Below, piece by piece: positions 62,591-64,000 of a stretch of 64,000 nt of DNA. Under the pieces are notes generated by a model, which was not told the origin of the DNA, made no database searches, and worked only from the letters and a program-made list of their open reading frames with translations. Within the stretch, counting starts at the first letter, position 1; the number at the start of each line of letters is the position of its first letter. The position numbers and the translations under genes were made by a program. The stretch comes from Felis catus (lineage: Eukaryota): assembly GCF_018350175.1 (NCBI RefSeq), contig NC_058383.1, positions 29,080,001 through 29,144,000 on the forward strand, read 5' to 3'.

Positions 62591-64000
62591 TGTTGATTTT
62601 CTGATTGGTACCTCGGGGGAAGTGAGCCTGACTGTTGGTGCTCTGAGTACTGATCGGCAGGAGGGAGCTGGGGGCCTGGCCTCCCTTCTCAGGATGTGGG
62701 GGATGCTCCTTCCCCTGTTCATCGCTCCTTATTGTCCTACTCAATCCCACTCTGCACTTCTGGGCTTAGTGCCTCTGGGAGAAAGCAAACCCCCGTCCCA
62801 CTCCTCTTGGCCTGGGGGTATGCTGGTCCCCGGCTTCCCTGGGACAGGGGCGGAGATCCTAGGACGGCCTTTCCCGTCTTGTCACCTCCTTGTTTTAGGA
62901 ATCTGGCGCCTCTTATTTGCTGAGACTTCGCAGGGCTCTGTTGAGAGTGAATCAGCTTTTTATACAACACTTAGATTTCTGTTTCCTCCTCTGTGCAAAG
63001 TTCTTTGGCACTCTTCTTTCTCCTTGTCGTCTCCAAAGAGTGTCTCCAAAGTGGGCTGACATCCTGTCCTCTGATGCTGCCTCTCCTGTTCTCTGTGCCT
63101 TGGTCAAGTTATTTATATCTCTCTACAGATAAATATGTGTGTCCAACTGGTCGTGTTTAACTTCCTGGAAATTTTTAAAAAGCTGTTTATTTTCTGCAAT
63201 AGTTGGACTTTTGGTATAGGGGGAGTTGTTTTGATTTGCTCACATTACTGATTTGATTAGTAAATCCATTCATCAGAGACAAAAGTAAACTTTAGTGCGA
63301 AAGTAAATTTCATCCCAGCCTCTGAAAAGTTCACATGTTTGTTCTGAATTTGGCTTCAACTAATTATGTGTTGAGTATAAATTCCTTATCTAGGAATTAT
63401 TATTAATTTCTCTGTGCATCATCAGTTAATTTTTTCTGTGTTGAATTAAAGTGAGTTAGCAGTACGGGATTATTTAGCCAAGTTCAAACCACGTTGAATG
63501 CCATTGATTCTTTGCGACCAGAACCAATTTTTCACTTATTTAGGCCAATCTCCTATTTAACTATGAACTTGATACCTAGGACTGAGCCACATACTCACAC
63601 AATATATTCATATATTCTCTTTTTTTTCCCTGCTTCCCCCATATGAGGGGGGAATAATGCTTCTCTCATTCCTTAAAAGATATCCCTTAATCCTGGGTAG
63701 CTAGCATACAGACATACCTTATTTGATTTTAATTTTGCTTTTCAAACTCAAATTCTTTGTTAGAAATGAGAGTCACAGTTCATCAGCTGTGTCCAAGGGA
63801 TTGCCTTCTGAATGGAGCGTAGCCTAGTAAACATCCTCCCCTGGCCACCCAGATCATGCCCACAAACACAGAGACACTCATGCTCGTGGAATTTGAATTC
63901 AGCATGAGAATTTGTGAGAACAATAAAAATGCATTTTCTAGCTCCCACTTCCGCAGATTTTTCCAGTTCATTTTGCTTTGTGAGGTAGTTTGCTCAGAGG

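Larger units (their letters stand above)
43991..64000 (+). other. PARN: Downstream PARN intron (partial; intron 22 equivalent)
   Basis: Starts with GTAAGA; the expected next exon (FTAP...GKRNLSP-like) was not seen in the window. Confidence 0.8.

Noticed and set aside
1..64000. A self-contained novel multi-gene or foreign (microbial or viral) system
   Set aside because: No operon-like structure, intact ERV genes or compositionally foreign segment was seen; the content fits one PARN exon plus ordinary felid intronic repeats.

Overview
This is mammalian genomic DNA from a felid (cat family), judged by about 48 tRNA-derived CanSINE copies that include young SINEC_Fc-type elements. The whole window appears to lie inside the PARN gene (poly(A)-specific ribonuclease), transcribed on the + strand. 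Only one coding exon is present, at 43801-43990 (190 nt, ag|...|gtaag). It encodes the end of the RRM, the NLS-like basic region and the first two bases of the codon equivalent to human Ser557, and corresponds to human exon 22. The rest is intron filled with CanSINEs, L1/L2/MIR fragments, a probable solo LTR, MLT1 and MER53 remnants and simple repeats. I found no prokaryotic genes, CRISPR array or self-contained new system. The best leads are: no Arg at -3 of the Ser557-equivalent MK2 site; an intragenic CpG-rich promoter-like element at about 27.2-27.8 kb; an enhancer-like motif cluster in a SINE-free zone; a 16-bp G-rich minisatellite; and several unusual SINE architectures. Repeat family names and the human protein comparison come from recall, not database searches.
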